Positions 1 to 11,005 of a stretch of DNA of 64,000 nucleotides are shown here, in pieces. The position numbers were made by a program, and so were the translations under genes. Under the pieces are notes generated by a model, which worked only from the letters and a program-made list of their open reading frames with translations, was not told the DNA's origin and searched no databases. Numbering within the stretch: position 1 is the first letter of the stretch; every line of letters starts with the position of its first letter. Source of the stretch: Octopus vulgaris (lineage: Eukaryota); NCBI GenBank assembly GCA_951406725.2, contig OX597815.1, positions 66,526,001-66,590,000 of the forward strand, in the 5' to 3' direction.

Positions 1-128
1 AATCGAGCCCGAAAGGATGAAAGGCAAAGTCGACCTCGGCGGAATTTAAACTCAGAACGTAACGGCAGACGAAATACGGCTACGCATTTCGCCCGGTGTG
101 CTAACGTTTCTGCGAGCTCGCCGCCTTA
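1..128 (-). mobile_element. tRNA-derived SINE, family A (5' part, cut by window edge)
   Basis: Minus strand reads AAGGCGGCGAGCTCGCAGAAACGTTAGCAC...GTTCTGAGTTTAAATTCCGCCGAGGTCGACTTTGCCTTTCATCCTTTCGGG, with A/B-box-like motifs. The same sequence recurs at many positions in the window. Confidence 0.85.
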
Positions 129-129
129 C

Positions 130-750
130 GTTAAGGAAGTCAAGCAACATAACCGTAATCTCTTAACAATATGGCTAGACTACAAGAAGGCGTTCGACTC
201 AGTACCTCACTTATGGATGATAGAATTAGTACACCTTGCCAAAGTACCAGCTGCTATAGTGAATGCCATTGAAAGACTGGCCACATGGTCCACCCAGGTA
301 TCACTGATAACTACTAAAGCAACAGAATTAAGCTATCAGCAGGCATATTCCAGGGTGATAGTTTATCTATGATGTTGTTTGTACTGGCAGTGAACCCCGT
401 ATCAGCCCTGTTAACGAAATGCCAAGGTTACATACTGAGATAGGCAAAAAAGAATAAAAGTAATATTATTCCGACATTTTTTTGTTGATGACCTAAATCA
501 TAATCTTGTAATACGAAGGACATCTTTTTGACAATTAAAACTAATCACAGCATTCTCACAAGACATAAGAATGTAGTTTGGACAAGATAAATGCTCATAC
601 ATGATAATCAACTGAGGAGAAATTCTCGTTCAGAGAGCATGTACACCACTGGCTTGTCTATCTCCCCTAACAGTAATGATGAAAGCTACAAGTATCTTGA
701 AATCGACGAGAATGTTGGATACGTTGGTGTTGTGACTAAAGTCAGATTAG
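130..750 (+). pseudogene. Decayed reverse transcriptase fragment of an RLE-type (R4/Dong-like) non-LTR retrotransposon
   Basis: Manual translation gives WLDYKKAFDSVPHLWM, GIFQGDSLS, FVDDL, FGQDKC and YKYL across frameshifts and stops. Confidence 0.8.
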
Positions 751-860
<110 letters not shown>

Positions 861-1108
861 TTGAGGGAATATTATTCCAAACTTACAGGGGAAAAATTCA
901 ATTTAGAAATACTAAATCAAATTTCACAAAATATAATATATATTTATAAATTAGAAAAAAACCCCACCTTTTATCAATTAAAAATGAAAAATTAAATTGC
1001 ACCATCTAGAAAATTACATATAATAGAAATATTAAATATAAGATAAAAAAAATACCGATGATTAAGTAATGTGCAAAATAATAAATAAAACGTATATATT
1101 TAGTAGAA

Positions 1109-1215
1109 TAACGACACGTGTTTCGTGGCTATATTTAAGAAATGATTATAGTAAAAATATTAGTAGTAGTAGTAGTAAAATCACTTCAATATAAATATAG
1201 CCACTCATCAGGTTA
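1109..1215 (-). ncRNA. Minimal type I hammerhead ribozyme (Penelope-associated type)
   Basis: Minus strand: TAAC-CTGATGA-GTGGCTATATTTA...TAAATATAGCCAC-GAAA-CACGTG-TC-GTTA. The core is intact (CUGAUGA/GAAA/GUC), with a 13-bp stem II, palindromic stem III and TAAC/GTTA stem I. Confidence 0.8.
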
Positions 1216-1299
1216 AAAATAACTACAATAATAAAATAATTTATTAATAAATATACGTAAATAATCTTTTAAAATATAAATATATTCTTTAAAATAGAT

Positions 1300-1640
1300 A
1301 TCTATATTTATATAGGGTACACTTCGAATAAAATTAAATCTAGAATATCTCAACATATGTATTCTAAAAGAATACATATGTTGAGATATTCTTGATTAAT
1401 AAAACTCTTATAAATTCAACAGGTCTCAGTAAATATATTTGGGACATTAAATCTAGATCCATTAAATACAAATTAAATTGGGGGATTATTTGTAGGGGTA
1501 AATCATATTCTATAGGGAGTAATTATTGTTCACTATGTAATAACGAATTTAAAGAAATATTATTTAATAGCTATTATGCGTTAGTAAATGCATTGGAGGA
1601 ACGAAACAATAAATGTAAATATAAATTAAAATAAATAATT
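1300..1640 (+). pseudogene. Penelope-like element GIY-YIG endonuclease C-terminal remnant
   Basis: YIGYTSNKIKSRISQH starts at 1309, then frameshifts into ORF 1392-1634 (STGLSKYIWDIK...KLNWGII...YCSLC...N...KCKYK), which matches the PLE GIY-YIG C-terminal pattern. Confidence 0.75.
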
Positions 1641-1691
1641 TTATTAATTTTAAAGATATATTTGTTATAACAATATAAATTAATTTGAACA

Positions 1692-2844
1692 TCTCTCTCT
1701 ATATAAACGGCAGTTTGTCTGTCTGTGTGTCTGTGTGTCTGTCAGGTTGTACCCTCACCCTGACCACGGCTTTCAACCGATTCTGATGAAACTTGACACA
1801 CACATAGCCCAATGTCATAATTCAAAACTAACGCAGCAAAAATTTTGAAAAGTTCCCCCTTTCTGAAAAAAATCTATAAATTCGACATGGGGTCGAGAAT
1901 CTAAGCTTTTTATATGCAACACATTTTCTGTTGTAGTTTTCGCAACTTGCAATCGATTTTCACCAAACTCATGGTGAAGCTTAATGTTACCCTAAGAAAC
2001 TTAATTCTGACGTTAGTTTTCCATGCAATACCTTACCATCAGAAAAAATCGATAAAATTATGCCATTTTGGGAAATCGCGTTCAAATTCAAGATGACATA
2101 TTTTCGACAATATCTTTCACAAATTGGCAGGAATTTCTTTTTAAATTCACAGCGAGCATCATGTCTGCTCCAAGGAGCTATATGGCCCTTTTTATTCCAA
2201 TAGGATACTTTATTACTGGAAAAAATCGGTTAATTAAATCATATGTGGCACATATAGCAAACCGATTTGTGTATTAAACACAAACCACAGACTGTCTAGG
2301 GCACGCAACTCGACCTTTTTAACTCTCGGAACACGTGGGGTAAGTATCCCAAAATGTATAAAAATGTACAAAAACGGCAAAAAAGCGGGCAGCAATGTGA
2401 GTGACAACAACGAAAAAGTCAAAAGTGACCAAACTGAACAAACGAATGGAAAATGTTTTTTGGTGCACACGACAAAAGCGGTTTATAATAAACCAAGAGT
2501 TTGCAAATAGCGTCCGAGGACCCTTAGAGTACGTCAAAAATTTATGATAAAACGTTTAGGGTGGTAGTTATAAAGAAAGTTTAAACAAAAAAAGTATTCG
2601 AATAACTTGCGGCTGCAGCAGCTATTAGCAGAAGTGGCGGTGTTGGGGGTAAAGTCTCGAATGTAATTTCTTCCTGGTAGGAATTGGTTGGGTTGAATTA
2701 TCGATAGCTGTTTGATAGTTATTTGGGAGTGAAGAGAAGACATTGCAACCTACAGATGCGCCTTCGTTCCCTAGAGGGAAAGGACTAGATTGGGATTAGT
2801 CGTTGCCTACTAGGGGCTCTTACATACCCGGGCTATGCTGCTAG
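1692..2844 (+). mobile_element. Non-autonomous Helitron, left arm of palindrome
   Basis: Begins A|TCTCTCTCTATATAAA and ends ...CTATGCTGCTAG|T. The 3' hairpin is partly deleted in this copy. Near-identical to the reverse complement of 3005-4166. Confidence 0.7.
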
Positions 2845-3065
2845 TATATATATATTACTAGCAGCATAGGCCGGCGTTGCCCGGGTATGTAAGAGCCCCT
2901 AGTAGGCAACGACTAATAGGACTAGATTAGGATTAGTCGTTGCTTACTAGGGGCTCTTACATACCCGGGCAACGCCGGGCTATGCTGCTAGTATATATAT
3001 ATTACTAGCAGCATAGGCCGGCGTTGCCCGGGTATGTAAGAGCCCCCTAGTAGGCAACGACTAAT
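2781..3065. repeat. Tandem duplication (2781-2917 / 2918-3065) of the palindrome centre, containing four Helitron 3' ends
   Basis: AGGACTAGAT...CTAGTATATATATATTACTAG...GACTAAT occurs twice. The first copy lacks AACGCCGGGC. Confidence 0.9.
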
Positions 3066-4156
3066 CCCAATCTAGTCCTTTCCCTCTAGGGAACGAAGGC
3101 GCATCTGTAGGTTGCAATGTCTTCTCTCCACTCCCAAATAACTATCAAACAGCTATCGATAATTCAACCCAACCAATTCCTACCAGGAAGAAATTACATT
3201 CGAGACTTTACCCCCAACACCGCCACTTCTGCTAATAGCTGCTGCAGCCGCAAGTTATTCGAATACTTTTTTTGTTTAAACTTTCTTTATAACTACCACC
3301 CCAAACGTTTTACCTCAAATTTTTTGACGTACCCTAAGGGTCCTCGGGCGCTACTTGCAAACTCTTAGTTTATTATAAACCGCTTTTGTCGTGTGCACCA
3401 AAAAACATTTTCCATTCGTTTGTTCAGTTTGGTCACTTTTGACTTTTTCGTTGTTGTCACTCACATTGCTGCCCGCTTTTTTGCTGTTTTTGTACATTTT
3501 TATACATTTTGGGATACTTACCCGACGTGTTCCAAGAGTTAAAAAGGTCGAGTTGCGTTCCCTAGACAGTCTGTGGTTTGTGTTTAATACACAAATCGGT
3601 TTGCTATATGTGCCACATATGATTTAATTAACCGATTTTTTCCAGTAATAAAGTATCCTATTGGAATAAAAAGGGCCATATAGCTTCTTGGAGCAGACAT
3701 GATGCTCGCTGTGAATTTAAAAAGAAATTCCTGCCAATTTGTGAAAGATATTGTCGAAAATATGTCATCTTGAATTTGAACGCGATTTCCCAAAATGGCA
3801 TAATTTTATCGATTTTTTCTGATGGTAAGGTATTGCATGGAAAACTAACGTCAGAATTAAGTTTCTTAGGGTAACATTAAGCTTCACAATGAGTTTGGTG
3901 AAAATCGATTGCAAGTTGCGAAAACTACAACAGAAAATGTGTTGCATATAAAAAGCTTAGATTCTCGACCCCATGTCGAATTTATAGATTTTTTTCAGAA
4001 AGGGGGAACTTTTCAAAATTTTTGCTGCGTTAGTTTTGAATTATGACATTGGGCTATGTGTGTGTGTGTCAAGTTTCATCAGAATCGGTTGAAAGCCGTG
4101 GTCAGGGTGAGGGTACAACCTGACAGACACACAGACACACAGATAGACAAACTGCC

Positions 4157-4166
<10 letters not shown>
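3005..4166 (-). mobile_element. Non-autonomous Helitron, right (inverted) arm of palindrome
   Basis: Minus strand ends CCCGGGCAACGCCGGCCTATGCTGCTAG|T (hairpin plus CTAG). Mirror-image ORFs in the track (1914-2743 vs 3117-3947) confirm the inversion. Confidence 0.75.
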
Positions 4167-4197
<31 letters not shown>

Positions 4198-4471
4198 GTT
4201 TAATTACTTATTATTTAGACTTTAAATTTATAGTAAGTAGTCATTTAAAATTAAATGCTATAATAATTTTATGTACCTATATATTACATTTAACTTATCT
4301 TTCACTATGTATTAAACCTTATTTCGTCTTATTTATTTATTGTAGAAATTATTTAATAGTATTAGAGTATAATTTACTATATTATTATATGTTATGTTAA
4401 TATTTTATATTAATGAATATAATGTTATTAGATAATCTTTTCTACTGAAGGCACAGGCCTGGAATTTGGTA

Positions 4472-5433
4472 GCTGGTCAACACATATTTCCTGACTCAAG
4501 GTTTATCAATGGTATTTAGCTAATTTTGGGTTGCTGAATCTGGCATCAAATTTTGTCTATCACATCAGATTTTTTAGGTATAAAATCTTTTAGTTTTACT
4601 AGAAACAACTATTTAATGCTCATAAAAAAAGAATTAAACGCATGTAGGTGCAATTTTTAATAGACAATGTCTCTTTTTTTTATCTAATAAATCTAAACAC
4701 AAAGTTGTGGGAGTAAATGCACATTAGCATGTAAACAAAATATGAATACAAAATCTCTATTCATTGTGGTAGTTCATTCTGATCAAATCATTCCTGCATG
4801 AACTCCCTCTTTTTGACGATCTCTTGTGCACAACTTCTGGAATATCTCTCATCAAGCCCCAGCAGTAATCTGCCATCATGTTTAAGTCCCACCAACCTCG
4901 GTAGCATTCTTCTGTTACTTTTATATCTTAATGAAAGTGCCCACCTTGTTCTTCGTTAGCATCATCCAGGTTCTCTGGCAATTCACCCAAGTGACTGTGT
5001 GAACAGGGCCGGCTTCATGGCCAATTGGACCGATTGCTCCCAATCGGGTCCAGCGCTCAAGGAAGCCACATCCTATACTGCGACATTTCATGAAGGTGGT
5101 CATTTGATGTTTAAAAAAATCTACATAAAATTCTCCTTAAAAAAAAAAGATACTTTCTACACTTTAGCGATACAAGATATCCAAAATTGCTTGGGTCAAA
5201 TTGCCTTGCTTGTATTTTTAGTGTAAGTGTCAATGTGCATGTGTGTATGTGAATGTTTGGGAGGGGCATGTTTGGGTAAAATATTGGGGGGGGGTATGTA
5301 TGTGGGTGTTTAAGTGTATGGTGAATTGTATGTATATATGTGTGCGTATGTTTGTGTGTGTGAGCTGCTATAAATATACTTTGTATATGTTTAATTTTAG
5401 GGAAACTTTTATTTCAGTTAGAGTGTATTGTGT

Positions 5434-5506
<73 letters not shown>

Positions 5507-7408
5507 GAAGAAAGCAAGAAATAAAACAAAAATGATAAATGCAAAAGGCTAAATGTGTGCTCAATCTTTTGGCCACAGGAATTTCTGTCAAAGCAAAGGT
5601 GAAAAGTTCAGTTATTTTTCATAGTGGTTTTTTTTTTTTTGAAGTCTTTGTATTTGTGTGAATGTGTTTGTATGTATGTTTTTGCTTGTATGCGTATGAT
5701 TGGACGTATATGTATTTTTAGTGCGTGGTGAATTGTATACATATATATATACGCGCGCGCATGTGTGTGTGTGTGTGTACAGTGAGAGAGAGGGAGAGAG
5801 AGAGAGGGAGAGAGGGAGGGAGAGAGAGAGATGGGGGAGGTGAGATAAAATTTCTTGTCTCTTGATTAAAAGAGAAAATGTCTTTGCAATGACTCACATT
5901 TAGGTTTTTGGACAAGCACAAACAGCCACACACGCGCGCGTGCGGTGTTATAGTAGGAGACATTTGGTGCTAAACTCAGAACCATACAGCTAAGAAACAG
6001 GCAGACAGGAATGTTTTCTACAACAGAGGTTATAGAAAAAATATAAGGCAAGTATATAACCAGCTTCCGAAAAATTCTAATTATTAATTTGTTTTTTTAT
6101 GTATATCTCTTTTAGCGTAACATCATGCAGCATATATAAGTTTCTTTGGGATCTTGTTAAATTTCTTTTCAATTTTCACCAGAATATTTTTAAAAAGTGT
6201 AATTTAAATGTATGTATAAAAATATATATAAAAATACAAAATGGGACAAGAACGCAAAACATTCAAATAGACGACACAAAAAATGGACGGGTCATTCGAA
6301 GCCTCTAATCTTCAGTCAAGAACCGGATCATCCTCGCAATTTCGGCTAGTTTCGCTTACTGATAGTGAAAACTTTTGATAATTTTATAGTTCAAGACCCA
6401 ACTCAATTTTGGTGGGAAATAATGTTTTTCTTCGTTTTTGGTTTTTTTTTTGCTTCTTGTGCTATCAACTAATCTAATATCTTAATATACCGCAAATAAT
6501 TTTTTTTCCACAGAAATCGAAGAGGGTGGGGTAGGGTGAACCCTCGGAAATTCCCCCCTTCACCTCACCCAGTTGGGCCCCGCACCTTCTAAGGCCGGCC
6601 CTGTGTGTGAATAGCGCAATTTAATGCTCATTCTACATCCAAGTGTTTGCAAACTCAAGAGCAGCTCCTCCACAATCTCGTGATAGTTGTCAGCTTTCCC
6701 ATTCCCGAGGAAATTCTGAACCACATCAGAGAAGGTATTCCAATCTCTAGCCTCTGCCGAACTCATTATTGTACAGAATGTGAATCCCCGAGGAGTGTTC
6801 TTATTTGCGGTTCATCAAATATTCCTACCTTCTCGTCACTGAGACTTGAAAAGGTTGTGCATATATATCTGAAGGACTCTCCACTGTGATCAAGAGCTTT
6901 GATGAATTGTTTCACCACACCAAGTTTCAACACAGGTTGTGCAAAGTTTGTGGGGAGCTCAGGTTTTGTCCTGATTTCCAAGTAGTTACTTTACTGTTAG
7001 TATGATGCATCTTCTTGGTAAAGTTATTAATGTTGTGCCCTTGAGCCTGTGGAGTGAAGTTTCCACAGACGTAACAAGATATCAGGCTCTTATCAATACG
7101 TCCTTCTTTTTGATGTATCCATAACTAGATCACGGTGGTTTAGTTTACATGTGAGAAAAGAGGAAGGGTTTTAAAGCAAAACTCAGTTTGAACATATTCA
7201 AAATTAGCATGACAATCCAGCCAAAATTCTCGCAAATAGTAATAACTTTTGGTATGCTCCAGGTAAATAAAGGCATATACATATGGCACAAAATTTTAAT
7301 GTCATAGAACAAATCTGAGGTTAGTTTTGGTTTCAGCACCCAAAAATTAGTCTAAAACAACTCTAAGATTTTATGCCAGAAAATAAATTTTTATTTTGTT
7401 GACCAATG
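4472..7408 (-). mobile_element. Decayed, internally deleted Chapaev3-like (CMC superfamily) DNA transposon interrupted by a hAT MITE
   Basis: Peptides LKLGVVKQFIKALD..GIFDEPQIR, VVQNFLGNGKADNYHEIVEELL..GCRMSIKL and, after removing the insert, SHSHLGELPENLDDANEEQGGHFH*DIK. Terminal inverted CTGGTCAACA / TGTTGACCAATG. The family name comes from motif recognition. Confidence 0.7.
5004..6603. mobile_element. Non-autonomous hAT-type element with 8-bp TSD
   Basis: TIRs CAGGGCCGGC...GCCGGCCCTG. Perfect TSD TGTGTGAA at 4996-5003 and 6604-6611. Confidence 0.88.
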
Positions 7409-7424
7409 TAATAAATTAAAAATC

Positions 7425-7591
7425 CTTTTTACTATAGGCACAAGATCAGCAATTTTGAGGGGTGTGTTTAAGCCGATTACATCAACCCCAGTGTTTCACT
7501 AGTTTATCGACCCCGAAAGGACGAAAGGCAAAGTTGACCTCGGCGGAAATTGAACTCGGAACATAAAGACGAACGAAATGCTCGTCGCCTT
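7425..7591 (-). mobile_element. SINE family A, internally deleted
   Basis: ATCGACCCCGAAAGGACGAAAGGCAAAGTTGACCTCGGCGGAAATTGAACTC...CGCCTT. Confidence 0.8.
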
Positions 7592-7617
7592 AAAAAAAAT
7601 AAATAAATAAATTAAAA

Positions 7618-7661
<44 letters not shown>

Positions 7662-7707
7662 TGATGATAATGATAATGATAATGATAATTATAATTATAA
7701 TAATAAT

Positions 7708-10700
7708 AGCCACGGAACTAACAGCCACTGAAACAAATAGCAATATCACTGAGCTAAATGACTTAGTATATGCAGCCACAAAAGAAGCTGAATACTCCCT
7801 CAAATCCATCCAAACAGGAGTACCACCACCGAAACAAACCCTGTGGATAAATAACATCCCCCCTCCCAAAAAAAAAGTGAAAAAAGATCTGTCGATTCTT
7901 AACGAAATCAGTAGACAATCAACGCTACTAAGCAACAAAAAGAAAACAAAAATACTGTGTAAATACAACATCACACAAAAAGATTTACCTGAGATAAAAG
8001 AAAAGCTAAAACAAGATAGCCTTGCCAGAGCACAAAGGATCTGCCGGTATGAGAAACGCCAACGTTTCTTTAAACAAAACAACTAGTTCAACTCCAACCC
8101 CAAAAAGTTCTACCAAGAACTTGGTAAAAATAAAATAGACATCACTGCAGCACCAACGGCAGAAGTAGTGGAAGAATTCTGGATAGAAATATGGTCGGCG
8201 AATGAACAACCAAAAACAAAGGAGTATTAAAACAACAAACATAGCATCTGAGCAAATTTGGACCCCCCACAACTGAAGAGGTCACCCAGGCACTACAAAG
8301 ACTAAGCATCTGGAAGGCACCTGGGCATGACAAGACTTCTGGTTGAAATATCTACCAGGAATGCACAAAAAGCTGGCTGAAAACTTTAACAACATACTGG
8401 CAGAGCCAGAGACAATGCCTGTATGGCTCACGAAGGGGAAAACCATCTTAATTCCTAAATCCAATGAGACGGCAAAACCAGAAAACTACAGACCTATAAC
8501 CTGTCTCCCTACAATGTACAAAGCATTTACTGCAGTAATATCACAAAGATTGAACAAGCACCTGGACGAAAACAACCTGTTCCCAGAAGAGCAGAAAGGA
8601 TGCCGCAAAGGCTCATATGGCTGTAAAGATCAACTAATGATCAATAAAGCCATAACTGAAGACAGCCACAGAAGAAGAAAGGCCTCAGTATGGCCTGGAT
8701 CAACTACAGAAAGGCGTTTGATAGCATCCCCCACACATGGATCCTCGAAACACTAGCCATTAACGAAGTAGCACCAACAATTATAAAATACATAGGACAC
8801 TCTATGAATAAATGACAGACAGTGCTACACCTCCAAACAAAAGAGGGACTCGTGAAAACCAAAGCCATCCCCATTAGAAGAGGAATATTCCAGGGAGACA
8901 CGCTCTCCCCACTCCTTTTCTGCTTGGCACTGTCACCTCTATCTGATATGCTAAATAGAACTGGATACGGATATAAATATTATGGCAAAACGATCAGCCA
9001 CCTTTTATATATGGATGACCTAAAACTATACGCTACAAATGACAAACAACCGGAAACATACTAAAGACAGTTCATGGATTTACCAAAGAAATAGATATGA
9101 AATTTGGATTAGAAAAATGCGCCAAAGTAACCCTGAAAAGAGGAAAACTAGTTAAGAGTAGCAACATCACACTAGATAAAACCAATGAAATAAAAGAATT
9201 AGACCAAAGCCAAACTTACAAATACTTAGGAATCCATGAACTTTATAAGACACAACACACACAAATGAAAGAGAAAATAAAAAAAGAATATAATAGACGA
9301 GTTAGATCAATACTAAAAACAGAGCTCAATGCTAAAAACAAGATAATAGGTATTAACACTTTAGTCGTCCTAGTTATAAGTTACAGCTACAATATCCTTA
9401 ACTGGACACTAAATGAACTGACCAAAATAGATAGGAAAACAAGAAAAATAATGACAGGATCTAGGATGCATCACCCAAAATCTGACATAGAAAGGCTATA
9501 TATATAACGTATAGAAGGTGGTAGAAGCCTTATACAGCTGGAAAACTACTATAAAATAACTACCATATGACTGCAAAAATATCTACTTCAGAAGGAAGGA
9601 AAGCTGATACAAATAGCGGCAAAACACGAGCAAAACAAAAAACTGTTCTCAGTATTTAAGGAAGCTGACAAATACAAACAAGAAATCATACCACCTAACA
9701 AATATGAAGAAGGAGAAGAAGAAGAAGAAGAAGAAGAAGAAGAAGAAGAAGAAGAAGAAGAAGAAGAAGAAGAAGAAGAAGAAGAAGAAGAAGAAGAAGA
9801 AGAAGAAGAAGAAGAAGAAGAAACAACAAAAGCTATAAAACAAATGAAATCCAAACTAAAACTAGAACAGCAACGAACCATGATAAAACGATGGCAAGAA
9901 AAACCCCTTCATGGCAAATACTGGACTAAACTAAATGCAAAAGAAATAGACAAAGAAAAATCCCAGCAATGGTTGAGAAACTCAGGACTCAAAGCAGAGA
10001 CAGAAGGATTTTTAATTGCAGCACAAGACCAAAGCCTCCCCACCAGAAATTACCAAAAACATGTAATGAAAAGAAATATAACAAGTAACTGCAGAATATG
10101 TGGAGATGGACAAGAAACAATAAATCATATTATCTCTGGCTGCCCAGTCCTGGCTAAGAAGGAATATATTCACAGACACGACAGAGTTGGGACCTACATA
10201 CACTGGAAGCTATGCCAACATTATGGAATAACAACAGAAAAAAGATGGTATAGGCACACACCAGAAAAGGTCACAGAAAACGAGAAGGCAACCATATTCT
10301 AGGATATGCCAATACACACAGATAGAGAAATTAAAGCCAACAGACTAGATATAGTTGTCAGAGATCACGAAGAAAAAAAAATGCTTTCTAATTGATGTAT
10401 CAATACCAGCAGATGACAACGTGTCTCTAAAAGAAATGGAGAAACTTTCAAAATACAAAGACCTGTAAATGGAGGTAACCAGAATGTGGAATCTGAAAAC
10501 AGAAACAATTCCTATCATAGTAGGTGCATTAGGCATGATACAAAAATATTCAGACAAATCCATAACAAAAACACCAGAACTTACAAACACATATAACATA
10601 CAGAAAATTGCGCTACTAGGCACTGCACACATCCTGCGCAGAACACTTTCAATACAGTAACCATCAGAGCATCACAACAAATCACAGCACATACACAAGG

Positions 10701-10758
10701 CACACAGAGCTGCGCTCGGTAGTGAAGTGAAAGCACGCTATAAAAATAAAATTACTGA
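7708..10758 (+). mobile_element. 5'-truncated R4/Dong-like non-LTR retrotransposon, copy 1 (RT + CCHC + restriction-like endonuclease), pseudogenised
   Basis: NYRPITCL, EQKGCR, GIFQGDTLSP, YMDDLKLY, CRICGDGQETINHIISGC, HRHD, IDVSIP and EKLSKYKDL motifs, with multiple stops and frameshifts. Flanked by (TAA)n on both sides. Confidence 0.9.
9706..9822 (+). repeat. (GAA)n in-frame poly-Glu tract within LINE ORF
   Basis: 39 codons, almost all GAA with one GGA. Confidence 0.95.
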
Positions 10759-10772
10759 ATAATAATAATAAT

Positions 10773-10943
10773 ATTTCTTTACTGCCCACCGACCCCAGTG
10801 CGAAACTGGTACTTTATTTATCGACCCCGAAAGGATGAAAGGCAAAGTCGACCTCGGTGGAATTTGAACTCAGAACGTAGCGGCAGACGAAATACCGCTA
10901 AGCATTTCGCCCGGCGCGCTAACGTTTCTGCCAGCTCGCCGCC

Positions 10944-10946
<3 letters not shown>
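10773..10946 (-). mobile_element. SINE family A between the two Dong-like copies
   Basis: Near-consensus copy embedded in the (TAA)n tract. Confidence 0.85.

Positions 10947-11002
<56 letters not shown>

Positions 11003-11005
<3 letters not shown>

Noticed and set aside
1914-3947. Paired identical short ORFs on opposite strands
   Set aside because: By-product of the inverted duplication, with no recognisable protein motifs.
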